Below, piece after piece: positions 42,984 to 53,173 of a stretch of DNA of 64,000 nt. How positions within the stretch are numbered: position 1 is the first letter of the stretch; the number at the start of each line of letters is the position of its first letter. Source of the stretch: Candidatus Binatia bacterium (GTDB taxonomy: Bacteria; Desulfobacterota; Binatia; UBA9968; CAXXLF01); the NCBI GenBank assembly GCA_963664015.2, contig CAXXLF010000001.1, positions 576,001 through 640,000 of the forward strand, read 5' to 3'. The notes beneath the pieces are model-generated. The model had not been told where the DNA came from. It ran no database searches and saw nothing but the letters and a program-made list of their open reading frames with translations. The position numbers and the translations under genes were made by a program.

Positions 42984-43637
42984 ATGATCCGAAAAGTTGC
43001 TGTGCTCTCTTTTATCGTATAGGTGGCTCTCATTGGATCGACAACAGCCCCGCGTTTAGCCGCTCAGGTCACATCTGCCCTGCTTATCAACGTGGACAGC
43101 ACCCTCATCGTCAATGGTGAGGCAATCGGTAAGCTCGATGCGCAGGAAAGCCGTAAGATAACTGTTATTCCGGGTGACCATCTTGTGGAAGTGATTGCCA
43201 CAGCAGATCCGACCGTTCGCGTTAAAAAGGTTGTTACCCTTGAGGCTGGCAGGCAATCGTTTGTGATGCTGAAGCTGGAAGGAATCTTGAACGAGCGCCA
43301 GAAGATTAAGAAATTGAGGGATAAGCTGCTGAGTTACCTAGGCGCAGGGAGTACGGATGTGATCAATCAGTTTCCGGGAGCGATCGAACTGCACTATAAA
43401 GTGCAACGCTTTATTACGCTCGAATCAAATCCCAATGACAGGAACCGTGTATTTGGGATTTACCGCTGGGAGCCGTGGCCCGCAGAGCACGATCAAAGGA
43501 CCGATTCGGAAAGGCCAAAGTGCATTAAAACCCACCTGCTTCATCTGGACGTGAAGAATGAAAAACAGATCAAAATCAAGGCAATAGCCGGAAAGTGGAA
43601 AAGGAAAGACAACGAGGCCCGATGCTTCTTTTTTTGA
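42984..43637 (+). pseudogene. Hypothetical exported protein (PEGA-like N-domain) with TAG in the signal peptide
   Basis: MIRKVAVLSFIV*VALIG; LIVNGEAIG..PGDHLVEV; possible frameshift at the terminal poly-T. Confidence 0.5.
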
Positions 43638-43945
43638 TACTCAAGACTATCTAGGTGATTTTGAATACCTGCTCACCGATTGGCCCAATGGATTCCGCCT
43701 CGGGGAGAACCAATCGCACATCTATCACCGCTAATTCAGGCGGACACCTCGGTTGACTGCCTACCAGCGATGTAAGCCATTGAGACACCCAGGAGTTGGG
43801 TTCTCCCGAATAAGGAAGAGCAGGTCGAGTCATATGCCTTGTTTACCGACCGGGGAGATTATAAAATAATATATCTTTTGAAAGAGACAAAAAATGGGGT
43901 CAAGCCGCCTTACAGCCCCCATGGCTCTCATAATCAGAATCTGTA

Positions 43946-44326
43946 ATGAATTCCTACCGAGAACACCGTGACCGCATGAAGCGGCAGAAACGCAAAACGA
44001 CGACGCGCAAGGTGGTGCTCGTGGCTGTTGGGGGGCTCCTCCTCTTTGGAAGTCTTTTCTTATTATTCATGCCTAGCTACCTTGACGGGCAGCGCGGGAC
44101 TGTTGTCGGCTATCAGGACGACACCTCTGCAACGTCTTCCCGCCGTTATCTGGTAATTCGACTAGATGGTGGGAGTACCGTTCAAGCGAGAATCAAAAAA
44201 CACATACCCTATAAACTCGAGAATCGTGTCATGGTCAAAGAAATTACCAATCGGGTCTTTGGATATAAATGGTATGTATTCAGACAATACCTCGACGAAT
44301 CTCAAAGCCCAGCCAACACCCAGTAA
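43946..44326 (+). CDS. Hypothetical membrane-anchored protein
   Basis: Basic N-terminus, one TM segment, beta-rich C-terminus. Confidence 0.55.
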   Translation: MNSYREHRDRMKRQKRKTTTRKVVLVAVGGLLLFGSLFLLFMPSYLDGQRGTVVGYQDDTSATSSRRYLVIRLDGGSTVQARIKKHIPYKLENRVMVKEITNRVFGYKWYVFRQYLDESQSPANTQ

Positions 44327-44352
44327 AAGCGCCCTCCTCCCTCGCGGGTACC

Positions 44353-44694
44353 ATGAAACAGGTCATTGTTGTAAATAACGAACTAAAACTTCCCAAGGGA
44401 AAGCTCGCCTCTCAAGTGGCTCACGCAGCTGTAGCCGCGTTTCTGGAAGCGGATCAACATACCCAGAAGACCTGGGTCGCTAGCGGAATGCCTAAGGTAG
44501 TCCTTAGGGTTCATTGCGCGGAAGATTTGATGAGGCTCGTAACCCTAGCTCGAGCGCGGAAGATACCCTTTTCCTTGATCCAAGATGCGGGAAAAACAGT
44601 GGTCCCGGAGGGAACCGTGACCTGTCTGGGGCTGGGACCCGCCCACGAGCACGACTTGGACCCATTAACGGGGGATCTCAAGCTCTTGAGATGA
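44353..44694 (+). CDS. pth2: Peptidyl-tRNA hydrolase, Pth2 type
   Basis: KQVIVV..KGKLASQVAHA, KVVL, IQDAGKT, TCLGLGP, TGDLKLL. Confidence 0.9.
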   Translation: MKQVIVVNNELKLPKGKLASQVAHAAVAAFLEADQHTQKTWVASGMPKVVLRVHCAEDLMRLVTLARARKIPFSLIQDAGKTVVPEGTVTCLGLGPAHEHDLDPLTGDLKLLR

Positions 44695-44850
44695 GCCCTT
44701 CGCAGACCATGCCTCGGGCCGGAAACGCACATTTTTACCTCTGCAGTGACCTTGTCAACAGGTTTTCGAGGCGGTAGGATCCCGGTTCGGACCTATACAC
44801 AAATAGCCAATCCGGCCCCGTACGAAAAATCGCCAAGCAGAGGGAACTCC

Positions 44851-45273
44851 ATGAGCGAAGACAAGATACGAATCCGACATACCATGCTCCCCGTTCGCGA
44901 CCTTGACCGAACCATAGACTTCTATACCCAGCTACTCGAGATGGACGTCATGCGCTTACGTCAACAGGACGAGAACACAAGGGTGGGCTATCTGGGCTAC
45001 GGCAGCGAAGATGACGGCCCTGCCCTAGAGTTGATCGAGATCGGCGAAGGCGGAGAAATCCCTCCCTGGGCAGGCCATGTCGCGATACTGGTTCCCGACC
45101 TTTTGGGACTATGCGACCGATTAAAGGCCGGTGGAGTCCAATTCACCCAGGAGCCCAAACCATCACGGCCTGGGAGCCCGGATCTTATGGCGCACATTGT
45201 CGACCCCGACGGCTACGCCATCGAGCTCAACGAGCGGCATACTCGCACCGGTCCACCACTCAAAAAGTCATAG
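44851..45273 (+). CDS. gloA: Lactoylglutathione lyase (VOC family)
   Basis: HTMLPV.DLDRTIDFY, LGYGSE, LEL, GHVAI, DPDGYAIEL. Confidence 0.8.
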   Translation: MSEDKIRIRHTMLPVRDLDRTIDFYTQLLEMDVMRLRQQDENTRVGYLGYGSEDDGPALELIEIGEGGEIPPWAGHVAILVPDLLGLCDRLKAGGVQFTQEPKPSRPGSPDLMAHIVDPDGYAIELNERHTRTGPPLKKS

Positions 45274-45396
45274 ACCAGGAGACCGTCCAAGCGTTAAGAG
45301 CAAAGACCGGGCTTATCCTTAGATGAAAAGATTCAAACGACCCGCCGGTTACGGAGATTCCTTAGGGATATCTCTACCCACACTCCTTTTGCTAAT

Positions 45397-45849
45397 ATGA
45401 TCCTTCTTTTGATCGTTCTGTGGCTGATCTTTGCCGCCGGGATCTTTTTTGCAGAAAGGGGTGTGGTAGGATCCAGCATAACGTCCTATGGAGCAGTCTT
45501 ATACTGGGGCGTCGCCGCCTTCTCCACGGCGGGCATCGCCGACACACCTCGTTCCAACCTGTCCCAGTTGGTCGGTGGCATTTGGATTGTCATTGGCTCC
45601 CTCCTATTTTTCGGGACCATCGTCAGAACGGTTACCACTTACTTTATGCGCCCCATGCAACGCCCCGCCCAGAGGATCATTGATACGATCGAGTACAATC
45701 TCGAGCAGCTCGACGACCTCACTATCGATGAGCTGGATTTGCTCAAAGACACCGTGGACACCCTGATCGTTCATGTAGAGAGATTGAAGAAAGGTCATTC
45801 GAGGGGAAAAGCCTCCACTGTTTTATGCCCAGGGTATCGTTTTACTTGA
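45397..45849 (+). CDS. Two-TM potassium-channel-family protein
   Basis: TM-pore helix-TM layout; YWGVAAFSTAGIAD.P. Confidence 0.7.
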   Translation: MILLLIVLWLIFAAGIFFAERGVVGSSITSYGAVLYWGVAAFSTAGIADTPRSNLSQLVGGIWIVIGSLLFFGTIVRTVTTYFMRPMQRPAQRIIDTIEYNLEQLDDLTIDELDLLKDTVDTLIVHVERLKKGHSRGKASTVLCPGYRFT

Positions 45850-47158
45850 TATGACGGGTGGCCGGCATGGCGAAATAGATCCCGATGATGCACAGGGATC
45901 CAATCGTGCTCATGGAAGCCAGTGCCCATTGGGCGCCCCACAGCGAAGCTAGCGTTCCAATGAGCATGCTACCGACGGTCATGAGAAAATGATTCTGCTG
46001 AAAGACGGCCATCGTACGGCCGCGGAATTCGGATGGCGAGTGGGCTTGAACCACGGTTTGCACTAGAGCGTGGGAAGTGACATGAAAAAGCCCGACGAAC
46101 AGCATCAGGGCAACGGATAGTTTGAACCATGGGGACGTGGCAAAGGCGATGACACTGACACCATACAGAGTCACCCCTACCAGCATAACCATACCCCTGG
46201 GTAACCGGTCTCCAACCGTAGCAATGAGCACCGCACTGCACAGTGCACCCACTCCCATACCCGTAAGCAACAGTCCCTGCCCCGTTGATCCAACCCTCAG
46301 GATGTCTCGCGCAAAGACGGGCAAAAGAGTAATGAAGGGGGTAATGAACAGTGACGCAGCCATCAAAATTAGCAGACCCGCGCGAACATTTCGGTTTTGC
46401 CAGCTGAATTTCCAGCCCTCCATGATGCTCCGTCCAAAGGCCTCCCTTCCCGAGTGGGATTCCGAGCTTACTGCAGGGCTCTGTCCGATACGAAGCAGCC
46501 CGGTTACCAATGTCGCCATCAGGTACAGTGCGGTTTGAACGGCGAAAGCACTCCCCGTACCGAATCGGGCGATCAGCACCCCTGCCAATGCGGGCGCCGT
46601 ACTCCGGCTGACATTGAAGGCAATGGAGTTCAGGCCGATAGCGTTGGTCAAATGCTCCGGCGGTACGGCATCGGCAATCATGGCCGCCCGCGACGGGTGA
46701 TGGAACGTCTGGACGATGGCCGAACCCAGCGCCGTCACGTATACGTGCCAGGGTTGGATTAGTCCGGTGAAGATGAGAAGCGCCAAAGCGCCATACATTA
46801 GCCCGTCCAGTGAGAGGGCGACCATCATTTGCATCTTGCGACCGTAGCGGTCGGCCATCGTCCCCGCTACGGGAGACAACACAAGGATGGGTAAGGCCTG
46901 AATTCCCCGCACGAGACCTAGCTGAACCGGCGAGTTGGTCAGTTCATAGATGAGCCAGCCACGGGCCACTTGATCCATCCAGAGACCCATGGCAAGACAT
47001 ACGAACCCGGTCCAGAGCAATCGATACTCACGGAAGCGCAGCCCCTGAAAGGTTGACAAACCCAGGAATGCGGTGACCGGATTCCAGGACCGTTGACGGG
47101 CAATGGACCCGGCCGCATCGCCCTCTGGAGATTCATTTTCATCATTCGACGAACCCAG
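45842..47158 (-). CDS. MFS transporter, paralog 1 (probable CTG start)
   Basis: WMDQVARGWLIY, ADRYGRK, FRGR; GGGGAGG precedes an in-frame CTG at 47158. Confidence 0.88.
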   Translation of the reverse strand: MGSSNDENESPEGDAAGSIARQRSWNPVTAFLGLSTFQGLRFREYRLLWTGFVCLAMGLWMDQVARGWLIYELTNSPVQLGLVRGIQALPILVLSPVAGTMADRYGRKMQMMVALSLDGLMYGALALLIFTGLIQPWHVYVTALGSAIVQTFHHPSRAAMIADAVPPEHLTNAIGLNSIAFNVSRSTAPALAGVLIARFGTGSAFAVQTALYLMATLVTGLLRIGQSPAVSSESHSGREAFGRSIMEGWKFSWQNRNVRAGLLILMAASLFITPFITLLPVFARDILRVGSTGQGLLLTGMGVGALCSAVLIATVGDRLPRGMVMLVGVTLYGVSVIAFATSPWFKLSVALMLFVGLFHVTSHALVQTVVQAHSPSEFRGRTMAVFQQNHFLMTVGSMLIGTLASLWGAQWALASMSTIGSLCIIGIYFAMPATRHIK

Positions 47159-47342
47159 ATCAGCCTCCCCGACTGTGCATTTGAATCGTAATTCTCAAAG
47201 TGACCCAGCCCCCGTTTTAATTAATCCTCTCCGCTATAACCCGGCCAAGCGCCGCCTTCTAGCATACATCTTATTTCGCGTTTACGCGAAACGTGATGTT
47301 AAAAAGGTTTCGGATCAACAGATCGACATCCGAGGAAACATG

Positions 47343-48680
47343 CTAGCGAATGTGCCGAGCGCGGGGGAGCGTCAGCAGGATAATTAGCATCGCCAATGCG
47401 CCGCAGGCCCCCGTCAAAGTGAGGGCAACGGGGGCGCCCACGAGTGATGCGACGACACCAAGGAGCATCCCACCCACGGTGTGCAGGAAGTGGGCCTGCT
47501 GAAAGATAGCCATGGTCCGCCCGCGGAATTCAGAGGGGGCATAGGTTTGGATGACAGTCTGCACCAGCGCGTGTGAGCTAACGTGAAAAATTCCAACCAT
47601 CATCATGAGAACGACAGAGAGTTTAAACCAAGGGGAGGCCGAGAAGGCAACCACGCTCAGGCCATACATGGCAACGCCTCCCAGCATCACCATGCCCCGC
47701 GGTAATCGGTCACCGACGGAAGCAATAAGGACCGCACTGCACAGGGCTCCCACTCCCATCGCCGTCAAAAGTAACCCCTGCCCTGTGGCTCCGACTTTGA
47801 GAATATCTCGTGCGAAAATGGGCAGAAGCGTCGTGAAGGGAATGATAAAGAAGGAAGCCGACATGGTGATCAGAATCCCCGCATGGACAGTCTCATTTCT
47901 CCAGCTGAACTTCCAGCCCTCGAGAACGCTTCGGCCAAAGGCTTCCTTCTTTCCATGCCCGTGAGAGCCCCCAGGCGAATGCTCTCCAATACGAACAGGC
48001 AACGTCAAAAATGCGCCCAGAAAGAAGAGGAGCGCTTGGGCAGTATAGGAGCCGGCGGTACCGAACACGGCGATCAGCAGTCCTGCCAGTGCCGGCCCCG
48101 TGCTTCGGGAAACGTTAAAGGCGATCGAGTTGAGACCTATCGCATTGGTCAGATGACCCGCCGGTACGGTATCGGCAACCATGGCAGCACGTACCGGCGC
48201 ATGGAACGTTGTCACAACGGCATTCAATACGGCTGTCACGTACACATGCCACGGTCGAATCAAGCCGGTGATGATCAACACAGCCACAGCGGCATACAGC
48301 GTTCCATCCATTACCATGGCGACCATCAACTGCTTCTTACGGCTGTAACGATCAGCCAAGCTCCCGGCCAATGGAGACAACAAGAGAACCGGGATTGCCT
48401 GAACGCCCCGAACCAGGCCAAGTTGGACAGCAGAATTAGTCAGTTGATAGATGAGCCAACCACGGGCCACCTGATCCATCCAGATTCCCATGGCCGTTGA
48501 CGACCACCCGAACCAGAGCAGGCGGAACTGCACGAAGTGGAGCGCTTAAAAGGTTGGAAGTTGTGCAAATTTCCTTAAGGTATGCCAGTGCCGCCGAACC
48601 GGCATGGCCCCTTCGGCTTGGTTCCTCTGCGGTCTAGGGGCTTCTTTGTCAGATTGTGGTGAACCCAGTTCCGTCTCCAC
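47343..48680 (-). pseudogene. MFS transporter, paralog 2, with an in-frame TAA near the N-terminus
   Basis: PTF*ALHFVQFRLLW vs RMFEALGFREFRLLW in paralog 3; TAA 48546; could reinitiate at GTG 48533. Confidence 0.72.
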
Positions 48681-49000
48681 ATGCCAGCGGTCCCAGTGAT
48701 CTCTTTTTATACATGGATATGGTGGGGCGGGCTCGAATAAGATCACTTTCGTATAACACGGACGGGAGGGGAGCTGCCAGCAGGGACCGGATTGGCCCCT
48801 TTTCAGTCCCTATTGATTTTTCAGGTAAAATCGAGTGGAATGAAACCTAATTGCCGAGATACAACTCACACCAAAATGTTTAAGAAAGAATCGTCTTGAT
48901 GGTCCCGATGCACCTTGTCCGATCCTGCTCGTCTTTCCCAGGCTTTTTTTGCTGCCTGTATCCTAGCCTTAATTTTACCAAAAGGAATTAACAGATTGAG

Positions 49001-49762
49001 ATGCTTGTCCAATTAACCGATTTCTTTGCCACCCGGCAGGAGCTGCTCTGGCTTACGACCGTAGCTATTGATCTGGGCTCCGCTCTGCTCATGTACCGCT
49101 TTTTCGGCAAGATGGGACTCTACGCCTCGGTGACGCTTTCCATCCTACTGGCCAACCTGCAAGGTCCGAAGCTCATTATCATTATGGGCATGCAAACGAG
49201 CATGGGCGTGATTATCTATTCGGGGATCTATTTTGCCACCGACATGCTGAGTGAAAAATACGGCAAGCGAGAGGCCAACCGCGCCGTCATGATCGGCTTC
49301 GCCATCAGCTGTATCATCCTGGTCATGATCTCCATCAGTCTCATGTTCCAACCCTCAACGAATCCGGAAACCGAAGTCTTCTCACGCAACGTGCATGAGG
49401 CCTTCGCCACCCTGTTCAACTTCACTCCACGCTTCGTCCTGGGTTCCCTCACCGCCTACTACATCAGCCAGCACCTGGACGTATACATATTCCACGCTAT
49501 CCGCGACCGAACTGGCACACGCCACCTGTGGCTCAGGAACAATGGCTCGACCATGGTGTCGCAGGCCGTCGACACGATGATTTATTCGCTAGTGGTCTGG
49601 TGGGGCCTTGTGGAGCTACCGACAGCGATTGAACTGGGGATTTCCAAATACGTGATCAAACTGATCATCGCCCTGTTGGACACTCCCTTTATCTACTGGG
49701 GACGTCGCTGGGACACACGCGCGATCGATTGGAACAGTGAGGCAGAAGAAGACCACCCATAA
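49001..49762 (+). CDS. yhhQ: Queuosine precursor transporter (QPTR/YhhQ)
   Basis: LANL..K, ATDMLSEKYG, SLTAYYISQHLDV, HLWLRNNGSTMVSQAVDT, ALLDTPF. Confidence 0.9.
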   Translation: MLVQLTDFFATRQELLWLTTVAIDLGSALLMYRFFGKMGLYASVTLSILLANLQGPKLIIIMGMQTSMGVIIYSGIYFATDMLSEKYGKREANRAVMIGFAISCIILVMISISLMFQPSTNPETEVFSRNVHEAFATLFNFTPRFVLGSLTAYYISQHLDVYIFHAIRDRTGTRHLWLRNNGSTMVSQAVDTMIYSLVVWWGLVELPTAIELGISKYVIKLIIALLDTPFIYWGRRWDTRAIDWNSEAEEDHP

Positions 49763-51351
49763 ACCAAGGGACCTGGACTCGGCCGGCCAGGGGGCTACCG
49801 GATAGAACGCGTCTGCGGCATCGTCACAAAAATCAAAAACATGCTGAGCGTGCCCAAGACGGCCATGGACGCCATCGCCTCCTGGGCGCCCCACAGGGAA
49901 GCCAGGACCCCGATAAGCACGCTTCCCATGGTATGAATGAAGTGGCTCTGGTGATAGACGGACATGGTGCGGCCGCGGAATTCGGAAGGCGAGTAGCTTT
50001 GGATAACGGTTTGGACCAGGGCGTGGGAGCTCACGTGGAACAGGCCCACGAACATCATCAATACCATGGAGAGCTTGAACCAGGGCGAGGCCGAAAAGAC
50101 GACGACACTGAGTCCGTACATGGCCACCCCTCCTAACATGACAATGCCCCGGGGCAGTTTGTCGCCGACGGAAGCGATGAGAACCGCGCTGCAAAGGGCT
50201 CCGATGCCCATCGCCGTCAGGAGAAGCCCCTGGCCAGTGGCGCCCACATTGAGGATATCCCGGGCGAAGACCGGCAGGAGAGTCGAAAAGGGAATGATGA
50301 ACAACGAGGCAAAGCCAGTGATGACGAGACCGAGGCGGACGTTTTCGTTTCTCCAGCTGAACTTCCAACCCTCGACGATGCTCCTGCCGAAGGACCCTTT
50401 GCCGGAGGCAGGGCCGCGCCTCCCCTCGGAGGAGCGCTGCGTGGGACGGAGTTGTAAGGTAAACACGGTCGCCAGCAGGAAAAAGACGGCCTGGACGGCG
50501 TAGGAACCGCCCGTCCCAAACGTCGCGATAAGCAGGCCAGCCAGCGCCGGTCCAGTGCTCCGGCTCACGTTGAAGACGATGGAGTTAAGACCGATGGCGT
50601 TGGTCAGGTGGCTCGCCGGCACGGCATCGGCGACCATGGCGGCACGGGACGGCTGCTGGAAGGTCTGGACGATGGACTGTGTGAAGGCGGTCACGTAGAC
50701 ATGCCAGGGGAGAATTTTGCCGGTAAAGATGAACAGCGCAACGGCGGCGTACATCAACCCGTCCAGCACCTGCGCCACCAGAATCTGGGTCTTACGGTCA
50801 AAGCGGTCAGCGGTGCTTCCCGCGATAGGGGACAGCAAGAGGATGGGAATGGCCTGGACCCCGCGTACGAGGCCCAGTTGGACCTTGGAGTTGGTCAGTT
50901 CATAGATAAGCCACCCGCGGGCCACCTGATCCATCCAGGTGCCCATGGCTGTAAACATCTGCCCCAACCACAGAAGACGAAACTCACGAAAGCCGAGGGC
51001 CTCGAACATGCGAAGTCTGAGAAAGGCTTCGAAGACCCCCCAGGTCCGCAGCGGAGTTTTCTCCCCATGGGTTTCGGCCAGCGGTGGGGGGTCAGTGCGC
51101 TTTTCGAGAGTCGGTAATTCCAACGAGGCCTCTATTTCAGTCGAGAGACGTTCCGGTCCGGCCTATTAAAACCACGCCACCGGACTACGATTGCTTCCCC
51201 TTATAAACACGAAGCGACGGCCATTGAACTGGGGATTTCCAAATACCTGATCGAACTGATCATCGCCCTTTTGGATATTCCCTTTATCTACTGGGGACGC
51301 TGCCTGGGACACACGCGCGCTCGATTTGAACAGTGAGGCGAAGAACACCAC
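49620..51351 (+). repeat. ~137-bp imperfect direct repeat (yhhQ 3' end) flanking MFS paralog 3
   Basis: 49620-49756 vs 51215-51351; roughly 90% identical by eye with two small indels. Confidence 0.92.
49795..51123 (-). CDS. MFS transporter, paralog 3
   Basis: Same motifs as paralogs 1 and 2; intact 442 aa. Confidence 0.9.
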   Translation of the reverse strand: MELPTLEKRTDPPPLAETHGEKTPLRTWGVFEAFLRLRMFEALGFREFRLLWLGQMFTAMGTWMDQVARGWLIYELTNSKVQLGLVRGVQAIPILLLSPIAGSTADRFDRKTQILVAQVLDGLMYAAVALFIFTGKILPWHVYVTAFTQSIVQTFQQPSRAAMVADAVPASHLTNAIGLNSIVFNVSRSTGPALAGLLIATFGTGGSYAVQAVFFLLATVFTLQLRPTQRSSEGRRGPASGKGSFGRSIVEGWKFSWRNENVRLGLVITGFASLFIIPFSTLLPVFARDILNVGATGQGLLLTAMGIGALCSAVLIASVGDKLPRGIVMLGGVAMYGLSVVVFSASPWFKLSMVLMMFVGLFHVSSHALVQTVIQSYSPSEFRGRTMSVYHQSHFIHTMGSVLIGVLASLWGAQEAMASMAVLGTLSMFLIFVTMPQTRSIR

Positions 51352-51359
51352 GACTGATT

Positions 51360-51892
51360 TCAAACAGAGGGCGGTTTTTCTTCGCCCTTCCAGTCCGGGG
51401 CATTTTCGACCTGCTCGAACATGTTTCCTAAAACTTTGGAAAAAGGGCTGTAGCGAAAAGCCATCCACTTGGCCGCCTTTCCCTTTTCATTGAAGTGTTG
51501 ATGCTCACAGCCCGGTGGGCTTCACCGGCAAAACAATGAGGTCCCACTTCTCCCAATTGACCTTCTCCCCGTCCACAACCGTGTACCCCTCGCCCTCCAG
51601 GACGAACAACTGGATACCCCCCTGGTGGCGGTGTTTTCCCGACTGACGTTTGACGTCATGGATGAAACAAGTCCAGTCGGTAGCAGCCGTATCGTTCATA
51701 CCATGATAAGAGAGATAGGACTTGGAATAAGACTGCCTGCCCCTGACGCCAAGGACGCTCGCTCCCCTTGATAACGATTTTGCCGGTCCTGGCCCGCTCC
51801 CTGGCCTCCGCGTTGAGCCTCAGAGTAGCTTCATAGTGCTCGCCCTGGTCCTTATGGGCCGGTTCCTTTTCTCTGACTCTTTCCCTTTCCAT
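51360..51892 (-). pseudogene. Cupin-domain protein with two frameshifts
   Basis: SGKHRHQGG..LEGEGYT..LPVKP, then EHQHFN in another frame. Confidence 0.75.
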
Positions 51893-52052
51893 GTCAATTC
51901 CCTCCCCATATGCGACAGAAAACCGCGCTTATGAATACCATCCGCGTCCAGGGTCAGTCAAATTTCACCGATCCATATGCCCATCCGCCCATGTACAATG
52001 GGTGCCCGACCCGCTATACTTCAATCACTAAATAAGGCAGGACCGTGCAATA

Positions 52053-53135
52053 GTGAAGATCGCGATTATCGGGCTCCCCAACAGCGGAAAAACAACAGTT
52101 TTCAATGCCCTAACGCGTCAAACGATTGAGACTGCGGCTTTCAGTTCAGGACGGCTGGAGCCCAATCTAGCGGCCGTCAAGGTTCCCGACCCGCGACTCC
52201 AGGCCATGGCCCAGATCTACAAACCCCGTAAGGTCACGCCCGCGGAAGTTCAGTACGTGGATGTAAACGGGTTCAGGGGTGGAGATACTCACGAAAAGGA
52301 GCTGTCTCCTGAACTGCTGGGATCCATTGGGGCGGCCGATGCGCTGCTCCACGTGGTTCGTGCCTTCGAAGACGAGCGCGTGGCCCATCCCCTTGGTTCC
52401 GTCGACCCTGAACGGGATCGCGCTCAGATGGAGTTGGAATTGATCTTTTCAGATCTGATGATCATCGAACGGCGATTGGAGCGGTTGGACAAGGAAATAC
52501 GCAAGCTCTCAGGTCAGGAAAAAGAGCTTAGAGTAGCTGAGAAAGACCTCTTGGGACGGATCAAGGAATCTCTGGAACAGGAGAGACCCATCCGGGAACT
52601 CGACCTCACCCCTCAGGAGGAAAAGCTTCTGCGCGGCTATGCCCTACTGTCATTGAAACCGGTTTTGATCGTGCCCAATATTGGCGAAGACAAGATCTTG
52701 GAGCCCTGTCCGTTGAAAACGGATTCCGTTCGGAGTTCTGTTGTCCCTTTGAGCGCCAAAATCGAGGCCGAGATGGCACAGTTGAACGACGATGAGGCCG
52801 GTGAATTCATGGAAGCATTAGGAATCAAGGAACCGGCCAGGGACCGGGTTATCGCATCCTCCTATACCCTTCTGGGTCTCATGAGTTTTCTTACGGTGGG
52901 AGAGGATGAGGTACGGGCCTGGCCGATTCGGAGCGGCACCCAGGCCGTTGACGCCGCAGGGGTCATTCATTCGGACATCCAACGGGGATATATCCGCGCC
53001 GAGGTCGTGAGCTACCAGGATCTGGTTCAGGCCGGTCACATGGTGGCAGCCAAAAAACTGGGGAAGGTTAGGCTCGAGGGCAAAGAGTACCCCGTCAAAG
53101 ATGGCGATATCTGTCATTTTTTATTCAATGTTTGA
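52053..53135 (+). CDS. ychF: Redox-regulated ATPase YchF
   Basis: GLPNSGKTTVFNAL, HVVRAF, EVRAW, AGVIHSDI, RLEGKEY.VKDGD. Confidence 0.95.
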   Translation: MKIAIIGLPNSGKTTVFNALTRQTIETAAFSSGRLEPNLAAVKVPDPRLQAMAQIYKPRKVTPAEVQYVDVNGFRGGDTHEKELSPELLGSIGAADALLHVVRAFEDERVAHPLGSVDPERDRAQMELELIFSDLMIIERRLERLDKEIRKLSGQEKELRVAEKDLLGRIKESLEQERPIRELDLTPQEEKLLRGYALLSLKPVLIVPNIGEDKILEPCPLKTDSVRSSVVPLSAKIEAEMAQLNDDEAGEFMEALGIKEPARDRVIASSYTLLGLMSFLTVGEDEVRAWPIRSGTQAVDAAGVIHSDIQRGYIRAEVVSYQDLVQAGHMVAAKKLGKVRLEGKEYPVKDGDICHFLFNV

Positions 53136-53173
53136 GACTAGAATCGAGTTCGTTGCTTTGAGGGAACAAAAGC

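Noticed and set aside
15579-43022. Stop-codon recoding (pyrrolysine or TAG reassignment), suggested by in-frame TAGs at 15579, 16394, 17013, 32465, 40314 and 43020
   Set aside because: In-frame TAA and TGA and frameshifts occur in the same genes or operons. TAG is the true stop of leuS, nusB, ribBA and fabG. No pyl genes are in the window. Pseudogenisation explains all lesions.
48850-49000. preQ1 riboswitch upstream of yhhQ
   Set aside because: I could not recognise a preQ1 stem-loop with an A-rich tail. An Infernal search is needed to exclude it fully.
49620-51351. Diversity-generating retroelement template/variable repeat pair
   Set aside because: Mismatches are not adenine-specific, indels are present, and no reverse transcriptase is in the window.
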